Part shown: piece after piece, positions 1 through 9,300 of the stretch
How the letters are laid out: the number at the start of each line of letters is the position of its first letter
Position numbering within the stretch: position 1 is the stretch's first letter
NCBI GenBank assembly: GCA_048882325.1
Contig: JBHLRS010000043.1
Span: forward strand, 1 to 27,426
From: Candidatus Thorarchaeota archaeon
Lineage (GTDB): Archaea > Asgardarchaeota > Thorarchaeia > Thorarchaeales > Thorarchaeaceae
Direction: 5' to 3'
Length of the DNA: 27,426 nucleotides
Made by a program: the position numbers and the translations under genes
Notes under the pieces: model-generated
Seen by the model: only the letters and a program-made list of their open reading frames with translations
Database searches by the model: none
Told to the model about the DNA's origin: nothing

Positions 1-1098
1 CCAAAGGATGTCAAGAAAGGTGACACCATAGCGCTGAATGATGGAATTGTGAGACTTGAGGTCAAAGAGGTGAAAGGGAAAGAAGTCATCACAGACGTGG
101 TCCATGGCGGACCCATATCAAGTCGAAAAGGAGCCAATATTCCTGGCATAAAACTGTCATGCGATGTGCCTACTGAGGAGGACATCAGAGACCTAGAGCT
201 AGCTGCAACCTTAGAACCCGACTACATTGCACTCTCTTTCGTAACCGATGCTGACGAGGTCAAGAAACTTAGATTGACAATGGAGTCAGTTGGACTCACT
301 AATACAGACATAATAAGCAAGATTGAGCATAGACTTGCTATCGAGAACTTTGATGAAATACTCAGAGAGTCAGATGGTGTGATGATTGCAAGAGGTGACT
401 TGGGCATTGAGGTCCCAATTGAGGAAGTACCCATTCTTCAGAGAGACCTGATTCGTAGAGCCAATCTCTGGGCCAAACCAGCCATTGTAGCCACCCATAT
501 GCTTGAGTCTATGACCGAGGAGATGATACCCACTCGAGCAGAGGTCAGTGATGTCGCACATGCAGTTCTCGATGGCGCAGATGCAGTCATGTTGAGTGGT
601 GAAACAGCAATGGGAGTAGACCCAGCTGGTGTGGTGACGATGATGAATAAAATCATTGGCCGCGCAGAGCGAATCTTACCTCAACAAGACCCTCTTGAGA
701 AGACATCACCAAAGAAGATGATTGTGGAGATAATTGGAAACCTGACCTACAGTGCTGTCAGGCTCATCCCCGACAAGGTAGAAGCTATCATCACCGCAAC
801 GAGGTCGGGGTATACTGCAAGATGGGTTTCTAAGTTCAGACCTCCTGTGCCAGTGTTTGCAGTGACCGGAGACCCGCAGGTTGCCCGGAAGCTCAAGCTT
901 CTCTGGGGAGTTCATCCACTCTTGCAGGTACAGGACCTTGAGAGCGTTGACTTGCTAGCACAGGCATCAGCTCAGGTTGTATACGAGAGAGGCTTTATCG
1001 GTAAGGACAAGGATATCGTATTCACTTCTGGTGTCAAGATGATCCCAGGAAGAACGAATGTTGTTGGAGTGTTCCATGTCCATGATTTGGTTGAATGA
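1..1098 (+). CDS. pyk: Pyruvate kinase (5'-truncated by window edge)
   Basis: Frame is open from base 1 (PKDVKKGDTIALNDGIVRLEV..., B-domain), so the GTG at 49 is not the true start. Motifs KGANIPG, IISKIE, DGVMIARGDLGIE, ATHMLESM, PTRAEVSDV, DGADAVMLSGETA and C-domain TRSGYTARWVSKFRP are present. Confidence 0.97.
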   Translation, partial: PKDVKKGDTIALNDGIVRLEVKEVKGKEVITDVVHGGPISSRKGANIPGIKLSCDVPTEEDIRDLELAATLEPDYIALSFVTDADEVKKLRLTMESVGLTNTDIISKIEHRLAIENFDEILRESDGVMIARGDLGIEVPIEEVPILQRDLIRRANLWAKPAIVATHMLESMTEEMIPTRAEVSDVAHAVLDGADAVMLSGETAMGVDPAGVVTMMNKIIGRAERILPQQDPLEKTSPKKMIVEIIGNLTYSAVRLIPDKVEAIITATRSGYTARWVSKFRPPVPVFAVTGDPQVARKLKLLWGVHPLLQVQDLESVDLLAQASAQVVYERGFIGKDKDIVFTSGVKMIPGRTNVVGVFHVHDLVE

Positions 1099-1117
1099 GA
1101 GAGGTTAGTGGAATATC

Positions 1118-2068
1118 ATGCCGCGAGTTCTAATTACAGGAGGCGCTGGTTTCATAGCAAGTCACCTTGTTGACCGACTAGTGATAGATAATGAGGTTAT
1201 TGTTCTTGATGACTTATCTAGTGGGACTCTTGAGAACATCAGTTATCATATGAACAACCCTGAATTCACCTTTCTAGAGGGTAGTATCACATCTGAGGAG
1301 GATGTAAGCAAAGCCCTGGAAGACGTAACTACTGTATATCACTTTGCCGCTCAACCAGATGTCAGACTAGGTATCAACAAATCAATGGAGGACTTCAGGG
1401 TAAACATGATTGGTGGTATGACACTATTGGAAGCAATGAGAGTCCGAGATATAGACCGATTGGTATTTGCCTCATCTGGAGGAACGGTCTATGGTGACTC
1501 AAATGTCCTTCCAACTCCAGAAGAAACAGCATTCAGTCCAATTAGCAACTATGGTGCAGCAAAATGTGCATTCGAGATGTATCTATCATCATATTCCGAA
1601 CTGTATGGGATGAGTTCTGTTAGTCTACGTCTAGCTAACATCATTGGTCCGAGGCTGACTCATGGTGTGATATATGATTTCTATTTGAAACTAAAGAAAG
1701 ATTCAACCCGCCTCGAGGTACTAGGTACAGGTCAACAGGAGAAATCCTACCAATATGTCACTGATACTATAGAGGCCACCATCCTTCTTGAAAAGAAACT
1801 GGGTCAAGGTCACTTACCTGTTAATGTGAGTTCTGGCGAAAGGCTCACCGTTGCAAAGATTGCAGAACTCGTATGTGAGGGGTTGGGTGTACCGAATGCA
1901 AGAATCGAATTTACAGGTAGTAAACGTGGATGGGCAGGGGATGTGATAACTACTGATCTTGACATCAGTTTACTCAAATCGTTTGGGTGGGAATCAAAGG
2001 TTAAGATTGCTGATGGTGTAAGACAATATCTTGAGTGGATTGTAGAAAGCTTCGGACCAATCAAATAG
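1118..2068 (+). CDS. NAD-dependent nucleotide-sugar epimerase/dehydratase (extended SDR, UDP-glucose 4-epimerase-like)
   Basis: TGGAGFIASH Rossmann motif, HFAA, FASS, YGAAK (YxxxK), RLANIIGP. GAGGT upstream of the ATG; follows pyk after 19 bp. Confidence 0.9.
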   Translation: MPRVLITGGAGFIASHLVDRLVIDNEVIVLDDLSSGTLENISYHMNNPEFTFLEGSITSEEDVSKALEDVTTVYHFAAQPDVRLGINKSMEDFRVNMIGGMTLLEAMRVRDIDRLVFASSGGTVYGDSNVLPTPEETAFSPISNYGAAKCAFEMYLSSYSELYGMSSVSLRLANIIGPRLTHGVIYDFYLKLKKDSTRLEVLGTGQQEKSYQYVTDTIEATILLEKKLGQGHLPVNVSSGERLTVAKIAELVCEGLGVPNARIEFTGSKRGWAGDVITTDLDISLLKSFGWESKVKIADGVRQYLEWIVESFGPIK

Positions 2069-2073
2069 TGAGT

Positions 2074-3069
2074 TTAGATTGGGAGGTATCTCCACTCTGA
2101 ATCTGGTATGTGATTTATAAGAACACCTGAACCAGAAACAATACCACCCTCAAGTGTAACTGATTTTACTACCGTGTTACTCTCAAGGATTGTATCAGTC
2201 ATCGTGCTATCTTCAATCTTTACATTTTTCCCGATTGACACATATGGACCAATCCTAGAATTGGAGATTACTGAACCAGGTCCAAAGTAGCAGGGTTCTA
2301 TTATTTCTGAGTTAATGATGGTACATAATGGCGATATGGGGTGTTCCTTCTCCAGTAGCCGTCTGTTGCTTTCAATCAGTGTTTCTGGCCTACCACAGTC
2401 GTACCAGTCACCAACCTCAAACGCAGGCATTATTGACCCACTATTGATCATGAGCTGGAGTGCATCCGTCAACTGATATTCATGAAGTGGCTCATTTTCA
2501 TCCATAATGAATTCTAATGAAGACAACAGGTCCTCGCCATGTTTGAAGTAGTAGACACCCGCAATAGCAGTTTTTTCAGGAAAGAGCTGGGGTTTCTCAA
2601 CCATGTGAGTGATGTAGTTGCGGGGGCCTATTTGCACCATTCCATAGTGCGTCGGATCATCAACAGTCTTGATACCAATAGCGCCTGTGATTTCAGGCAT
2701 CGTTCTGTAACTTTGAACCATTTCAGAGTAAGACCGAGTAAAAATCTCATCACCTAGAACAATCATGATTTCTGAATGGTCTAAGAACTCTCTTGCAGTG
2801 TATATCGCATGTCCCAGACCAAGCTGTTCTTCTTGGTGAATGAAGTGAATATCAAAATGTGAACCATATTCTATGTTGGTCCACTCTATGACTTGTTCTT
2901 TCAAATACCCAACAATAAGGACCAATTCCCTGATTGAGCTAGTGAGGAGATTGTCCAGAATATGTGCGAGAACTGGCTTTCCAGCAACTTCGACGAGGAC
3001 CTTTGGCTTGGATTCGGTAATCGGACTAAGGCGAAGACCGCTACCAGCGACAGGTATTAGTGCTCTCAA
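2074..3069 (-). CDS. Sugar-1-phosphate nucleotidyltransferase (long-form glucose-1-phosphate thymidylyl/uridylyltransferase family) with C-terminal left-handed beta-helix
   Basis: Start re-called to TTG at 3069 (GAGGT upstream; gives MRALIPVAGSGLRLSPIT). Motifs QEEQLGLGHAI, LGD, VEKP, EYQLTDAL, WYDCG; hexapeptide-like tail IGPYVSIGKNVKI. Confidence 0.9.
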   Translation of the reverse strand: MRALIPVAGSGLRLSPITESKPKVLVEVAGKPVLAHILDNLLTSSIRELVLIVGYLKEQVIEWTNIEYGSHFDIHFIHQEEQLGLGHAIYTAREFLDHSEIMIVLGDEIFTRSYSEMVQSYRTMPEITGAIGIKTVDDPTHYGMVQIGPRNYITHMVEKPQLFPEKTAIAGVYYFKHGEDLLSSLEFIMDENEPLHEYQLTDALQLMINSGSIMPAFEVGDWYDCGRPETLIESNRRLLEKEHPISPLCTIINSEIIEPCYFGPGSVISNSRIGPYVSIGKNVKIEDSTMTDTILESNTVVKSVTLEGGIVSGSGVLINHIPDSEWRYLPI

Positions 3070-3082
3070 GATTGTGAAACCT

Positions 3083-4420
3083 CTATTCCTTTCCTGATTC
3101 CAATGCCTGAATCCCCACAGTCTGGTAAAAGACATCATTAGGCGTGGTTTGTGTTGCGAACACTCGGCGTCCGTCTATCAGAACTCTTTTACTCATAAAT
3201 CTTGTCAGATTTTCAAGACCTATTTCCAAATAAATTGGCCAATCCGTCACGAGAATGCACCCATGAGATTCCCTCATGCATTCTTCAAGTTCCGCAGAGA
3301 TTGTTGCGTTCTCACGCAGGTGTTTACTAACATCCATTGAGGTGACAAGGGGATCATGTATCCAGACTTTTGCACCAAGTTCTAAGAGCAGGTCTAAGAG
3401 TCTGAGTGTTGGAGATTCTCTAATATCATTGGTCCCCGGTTTAAAGGCAAGCCCAAGTAGCGTTATCTTCTTCCCGTGTAGGTTTCCCGTTTTCTTCACA
3501 AGCATGTCTACCAGTTTCTTAGGTCTCTGTGAGTTCACCTGTTGGGTGGCTCTTAGGAGTGGCATTTGAATAGATCTCTCCTCTGCAAAGCGGACAAGTC
3601 CCTGTATATCTTTGGGAAAACATGATCCACCAAACCCAGCTCCAGAACCGAAGAATTTGGCTGTGATTCTATGGTCAGCACCAACTCCTCGCATCACATC
3701 ATCTATATCAGCATATGGAACACTCTCAGCGACATTGGCTATCTCATTAGAGAATGAAATCTTCATTGCGAGGAATGAGTTGCTTGCATACTTACAGAGC
3801 TCTGCTGATTCAGGGGACATTGACAAGTAGGGGGTCGATTTGTTCAATAGGACTTGTTCATACATCGTTCGAACCTGGTTGAAAGATTGGTCATCAATAG
3901 CTCCAATAACGACTCGATCAGGATTGCTAGCATCTGCTAAAGCAGATCCTTCTCTGAGGAATTCAGGGTTGAAGACGATACCAACTCTGTCATCCAGCTG
4001 GTTTTCTTTCACTTGATTGATTAGGAAAGACCGAGTGGTGCCAGGTGGAACTGTGCTTTTGAGTACAACTACACAGTACTCATAGCACAACTCATCTATT
4101 CTGCTCAGTATTGTGTTAATGGCTGATTCAATGTATTGTAAATCAACTTGACCATCAGGGGATTCTGGAGTCCCTACGCAAATCACAATCACATCCTGAT
4201 AACCTATTGTGTCGCTTGGTAATACTGGACGTATCAAACCTTCTTTGACAGATTCTAACAAACCCTCTGTTATGCCAGGCTCGACAATCGGAGTTTCACC
4301 AACAGAAATCTGCTCTATTCGTTGCGCATCAATATCAAGAAGGGTCACCTTGTGACTCGATGAGAAAAGTACACTCATCGTAATTCCAACCCAACCAGCA
4401 CCAACAATTAGGACCCTCAT
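3083..4420 (-). CDS. ugd: UDP-glucose/GDP-mannose 6-dehydrogenase family (UDP-glucose 6-dehydrogenase)
   Basis: Start re-called to ATG at 4420 (MRVLIVGAGWVG). Motifs ICVGTP, KSTVPPGT, NPEFLREG, catalytic GFGGSCFPKD, GLAFKPGTNDIRESP. Confidence 0.93.
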   Translation of the reverse strand: MRVLIVGAGWVGITMSVLFSSSHKVTLLDIDAQRIEQISVGETPIVEPGITEGLLESVKEGLIRPVLPSDTIGYQDVIVICVGTPESPDGQVDLQYIESAINTILSRIDELCYEYCVVVLKSTVPPGTTRSFLINQVKENQLDDRVGIVFNPEFLREGSALADASNPDRVVIGAIDDQSFNQVRTMYEQVLLNKSTPYLSMSPESAELCKYASNSFLAMKISFSNEIANVAESVPYADIDDVMRGVGADHRITAKFFGSGAGFGGSCFPKDIQGLVRFAEERSIQMPLLRATQQVNSQRPKKLVDMLVKKTGNLHGKKITLLGLAFKPGTNDIRESPTLRLLDLLLELGAKVWIHDPLVTSMDVSKHLRENATISAELEECMRESHGCILVTDWPIYLEIGLENLTRFMSKRVLIDGRRVFATQTTPNDVFYQTVGIQALESGKE

Positions 4421-4557
4421 GTGATTCACATCCAATTTACTGAAGATGCTAGTTCCGCGGTTTATGGTTCTTTCGTGGGTTTCTATCAAATTCAGTGGCA
4501 ATGAATTTATACTGAATCTGAAAGTCAAACATTAGTGGGAAAAGCAGTGATGCACAA
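4421..4557. promoter_or_regulatory. Divergent promoter region between ugd (-) and the epimerase (+)
   Basis: Non-coding gap between divergent starts. TATA-like TTTATA at 4506-4511 (TATAAA on -), bracketed by the inverted arms ATTCAGT (4490-4496) and ACTGAAT (4511-4517). Confidence 0.5.
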
Positions 4558-5529
4558 ATGACCTCGAAAGGAAAATCTGTACTGGTTACTGGTGCGGCTG
4601 GTTTCATTGGTAGTCATCTAGTTGAGGAACTAGTACGCAACGGAAGTACGGTCATTGGTTTTGACGTATTTGATGATTATTATGATCCAGCCCTAAAAGA
4701 GCGGAACCTCGCAGAGGTACAGGATAGTGACATGTTTCATCTTGTGAGAGGTGATATTCGCGATAAAGACTTAGTGAGTAAAACATTCAATGAATGGGAT
4801 ATAGGAACTGTGGTGCATCTAGCGGCTATGGTTGGGGTAAGAAACAGTATGACAAACCCAGATCTCTATACAAGTGTCAATGTTGGAGGAACTGGTGTAA
4901 TTCTGGAGGTTTCCTTTAAGCAGGACATTGACAAGTTCATACTGGCTTCTTCGTCTTCAGTGTACGGAGATCGAGAAGTGGTTCCTTTCAGGGAAACTGA
5001 TTTTACTGATACCCCTGGTTCGATTTACGCAGCAACAAAGAAAGCAGCAGAGGTTCTTTCTTTCTCGTACCATAGACTTTATGGTATTCCAACTGCATGC
5101 CTTCGCTTCTTCACTGTCTATGGACCTCGCGGAAGACCGGACCAAGCCCCTTTGAAGTTCATCCATCGAATCTCTAATGATATGCCAATTCAACAGTATG
5201 GAGACGGGAATAGTTCTCGGGATTACACCTATGTTACAGATATTGTGAGTGGCATAGTGGGTGCAATTGAAGCTGTTTATGAATATGAGATCTTCAACCT
5301 AGGGAACTCGACTCCTGTCAAACTAATTGATTTCATCAAAGCACTAGAGATCCAAATTGGCAAGGCTGCAAACATCGAAAAACTATCTAATCAGCCGGGT
5401 GATGTATTTCAAACCCTAGCGGATATTGGGAAATCCAAGAAAATGCTTGGATATGAGCCTAAAGTTACTCTTAATGAAGGTCTCAAAAGAATGATACAGT
5501 GGTATAATGAAACCCGACCAAGTCTATAA
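4558..5529 (+). CDS. NAD-dependent epimerase, UDP-glucuronate 4-epimerase-like
   Basis: TGAAGFIGSH, DDYYDPALKERN, HLAAMVGVRNS, ASSSSVYG, YAATKK, RFFTVYGPRGRPD, RDYTYVTDIV, QPGDV: the motif set typical of the UDP-GlcA epimerase subfamily. Confidence 0.9.
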   Translation: MTSKGKSVLVTGAAGFIGSHLVEELVRNGSTVIGFDVFDDYYDPALKERNLAEVQDSDMFHLVRGDIRDKDLVSKTFNEWDIGTVVHLAAMVGVRNSMTNPDLYTSVNVGGTGVILEVSFKQDIDKFILASSSSVYGDREVVPFRETDFTDTPGSIYAATKKAAEVLSFSYHRLYGIPTACLRFFTVYGPRGRPDQAPLKFIHRISNDMPIQQYGDGNSSRDYTYVTDIVSGIVGAIEAVYEYEIFNLGNSTPVKLIDFIKALEIQIGKAANIEKLSNQPGDVFQTLADIGKSKKMLGYEPKVTLNEGLKRMIQWYNETRPSL

Positions 5530-6234
5530 TTGATTTGACGTGCGAAGAATGTGAATATAGCATCTGACTAAATCTGGTAGCACATTAAACGCATATCCCC
5601 AGATGCTGCTAATAAGCCGCGATTCCCCTGGACGTTTTCTAAAAGTTATGGGCATTTCAACAAGTGTGAATCCACCTCTTGCTGATCTGATGATAGTTTC
5701 CTGCACGTATGTCTTTCGAGATGTTACTACGAGGAATTGGGCCAAGTTCCTGCTAAATGCTCTAAATCCGCTTTGGGCGTCACTAGTCGGATATCCTGAA
5801 AGGATTCGGGTAACAAATGTAGCTAGTAAATTTCCTATACGATTGCCAAGAGGCATCTCCTCAATACGACCTTTGAATCTAGATCCTAGAACCAAATCAG
5901 CCTCGCTGTTGACAATAGGTTGAACAAGAGCTGGTATCTGGAGTTGATCATATTGCCGATCAGCATCAGTATTGACAATAATGTCAGCATTCATTTCAAG
6001 GGCTGTCTTAATCCCTGTACGAAATGCAGAGGCAAGTCCAAGGTTCTTAGTGTGTGATTCGATACGATTGGCTCCAGCATCAAGCGCCACTTGCCGGGTA
6101 TTATCTACGCATCCATCATCAATAACAAGGACTTCAACTTCACTGATACCAGAGATATTTCTAGGAATTTCAGATATGACACGACCTATTGATTGCTCCT
6201 CATTGAAAGCTGGTATCATCACAACAAGTTTCAT
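5524..6234 (-). CDS. Family 2 glycosyltransferase, dolichol/polyprenol-phosphate sugar synthase (DPM/DPG)-like
   Basis: IPAFNEE, VIDDGCVD, NLGLASA, DAD (DxD), DLVLGSRF, DAQSGFRAFSR, E.PITF..R..GES. Confidence 0.9.
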   Translation of the reverse strand: MKLVVMIPAFNEEQSIGRVISEIPRNISGISEVEVLVIDDGCVDNTRQVALDAGANRIESHTKNLGLASAFRTGIKTALEMNADIIVNTDADRQYDQLQIPALVQPIVNSEADLVLGSRFKGRIEEMPLGNRIGNLLATFVTRILSGYPTSDAQSGFRAFSRNLAQFLVVTSRKTYVQETIIRSARGGFTLVEMPITFRKRPGESRLISSIWGYAFNVLPDLVRCYIHILRTSNQL

Positions 6235-6386
6235 TCCCTAAATCTCATCCCGCATGCAAACTGGCCGCACATCTGCGAGAACAAATCCACATGAAAAGGT
6301 TTTCAGTAAATATGCAAATAAAAACGCAGTACTCAATCAGTATTCATATATTGTAGATGCAAAAGCGCACTGCCACTGTGTAAAAT
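6235..6386. promoter_or_regulatory. Divergent promoter region between GT2 (-) and the large surface protein (+)
   Basis: AT-rich gap containing the palindrome TGAAAA-GG-TTTTCA at 6292-6305, which reads as a BRE/TATA-like element on both strands. Confidence 0.45.
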
Positions 6387-9300
6387 ATGGAGACACAAGG
6401 ATTGACCACAAACAGAATCCTAACTATACTCATCATAGGCTTGTTCGTATGCAGCACTGCACTGCTTTCAGGATTCGTGCCAGTGGAACAATCTGATGTT
6501 GATGATATTGAAACCTCAGAAGACTATAGGAGTCTGGGGGGTCTTACTCAAGCACAGTTCTTTGAGAATGTTGGTCAATTGAAGAACAATTCAATTCTCT
6601 ACTATGGGAGAATCCCAAGTGGCTCGATTGGCTTTGGTGTCAGTACCATATATCTCGCTGGTGATGGAGTAGAGGGAATTGTCACACTTACTTTTGATGA
6701 TTCGACTCAAGTCATACCAGAAGGAGTAGGTACAGTTGGTTACCTCACGAACTTTTTCCTAGAAGGTGGAATTGAGTGTCGAAATGTGAGAGGTTTCACA
6801 TCGATTGTTTTCATTAATCTCTGGCAAGGTATTGACTTACACTACTTCACGACACCAAATGGTGTAAAGTATGAGTTTGTACTAGCTCCAGGAGCCGACC
6901 CATCTCAAATCAGAATTAGATCAACTGGCCATGATGTTATTTCATTAGATGATGGCAGTTTAAGTATAAACTCTGGACAATGGACATTGGTAGATGAAGG
7001 ATTGATTGGTATACAGGGAGAAACTCAGGTGGATGTTCAGTTTCAAGTTCTGGACTGGGATGTCTTTGGCTTTAAGATTGGTGATTACGATACTACAATG
7101 CCATTGAAAATTGATCCGCTCATTTACTCTTCAATTGTTGGAGGGAGTGATGTTGATTTTCTTCTTTGGAGTCAATCAATTGTCATTGATGATGCTGGCT
7201 CGGTTTATATGGTTGGTACAACAAATCGCCCAGACTTCCCGATGGTTGATGGATATGACTCATCGTTCAATGGAAATAGAGACGCGTATATTCTAAAGCT
7301 GAACTCCAATGGCTCGAACATCCTTTACTCCACATTCATAGGAGGGTCGGATTCAGATTATGGTGAGTCGATTGCAGTCAGTCAAGATGGAAGCATCTTT
7401 TTGACTGGCACAACAATGTCATCAGACTTCCCCACAACTGCACTTGACCAAATTCATGCTGGAGAATTACGTGATTGTTTTGTTGTCAAACTGACCCCTG
7501 ATGGTGATTCTCTTGTTTATTCCACAAAAATTGGTGGAGCACTCGATGATTATGGTTATTCGATAGTAGTGGATGCTTTTTCGCAAGCTACAATCACTGG
7601 GTCAACTTACTCTTCTGATTTCCCAGTTATGAGTCCGCTATTTGATACCAATAAAGGTTTGATGGACTCGTTTGTGCTTCAGCTTGATGAAACTGGAACA
7701 ACTTTGAGATTTGCCACCTTCATCGGGGGACCTCATCATGATATTGGTAAAGCAATAGCTCAAGATGTTGATGGAAACCTGTATGTTTCAGGTTACAGCA
7801 TGTCTACAGACTTTGCAGGATTCAGCATGAGAAGTCATTCAGTTGATCCCAACTGGGACTGTTTTGTGTTCAAGATGGGACCGGATGGAAGTTCACTATC
7901 TTTTGTCAGGTTCTTCGGAGGCTTGCAAAATGATTATGGAGATGATATTGCTGTTGACTCACTTGGAAATGCGTACATCACAGGAACTACTTCATCAAAA
8001 GAGTTCCCAACCATCAATGCTTATGACGACTCATTGAACGGTTCTTCAGATTGCTTTGTGACCAAACTCAATTCGAGCACAGGAATGATTGAATATTCCA
8101 CATTCATTGGTGGTATGAGTAATGATGCAGGAAAGTCCATTGCTGTGTCTGATTCGGGTATTGTGTTTGTTACTGGTAGGACTGCTTCATCTGATTTCCC
8201 CATTGCTAATGCATATGACAGTATTGGAAATGGGGGAGGATCGGACTGTGTTGTCTTCGAACTCAGTAATGATGGTAAAAGCCTGATATACTCAACATTT
8301 ATCGGTGGCAGTCATTACGATGCGGGAAACGCAATCGCTATAGATAGTAATGGAACAGCCTACATTGCAGGGCACACATACTCACATGACTTTCCAACTC
8401 TTAATATTGTGAGTGACTCTCAGAATCAGACCTGTGACTATTTCATACTTAAATTACCAAGTAATGGTGATAGTGATTTTGACTCTATTCTGGATACTGT
8501 TGAGTTAAGTCTTGGTATCAACCCGTTCAGTAGTGACACTGATCAAGACCTCATTGATGACTGGTCTGAAATTGAAATCTATCATACAGACCCTGCAAAT
8601 AACGATTCAGATAACGATTCCATTCTTGATGGGATTGAAATTTTCCGATACAACACTTCTGCACTCCTGAGTGATACAGATAACGATTCGATAGACGATT
8701 GGAACGAGATTTTCACATACCTGTCTGATCCAACTAGTGTTGATAGCGACCTTGATGCAGTCGATGATTGGTACGAAATTTTCATCTATGGGACATCACC
8801 TTACAATCCAGATTCTGATTTTGACACAATGCCAGATGGGTGGGAAATCAACCACGGACTAGATCCGCTTTGGTATAATGTTGATGGGGATTTAGACATG
8901 GATAATGTGTCAAATGGATTGGAATATATCTATGACTCGCACCCAAACATGACTGACAGCGATTCTGACATGATAGATGACTGGAGTGAGATCTTCGTAT
9001 ATAATACACTTCCCAACAACAGCGATTCTGATTCAGACTCTGCAAGCGACTGGGATGAGATATTCATTCATCACACGTTACCGCGAGAGCCAGATTCTGA
9101 CTTGGATCTTATGCCGGATGGCTGGGAAATCTTGTATGGTTTGGACCCTCTGTTGAATGACTCAACTGATGATGTAGATCTTGATTCACTCACGAATCTT
9201 GAGGAGTACATCTACGGGGCAAAACCGAACATGACTGATAGTGATCTTGACTCAATCGATGACTGGGATGAAGTGTTCGTTTACCACACACTCGCTAATG

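Noticed and set aside
2074-3069. rmlA / dTDP-rhamnose pathway
   Set aside because: No rmlB, rmlC or rmlD set in the window; adjacency to ugd favours UDP-glucose supply, and nucleotide specificity cannot be read from the sequence.
6254-6496. 80-aa plus-strand ORF upstream of the surface protein
   Set aside because: Crosses the divergent promoter and overlaps the signal-peptide region out of frame; no motif.
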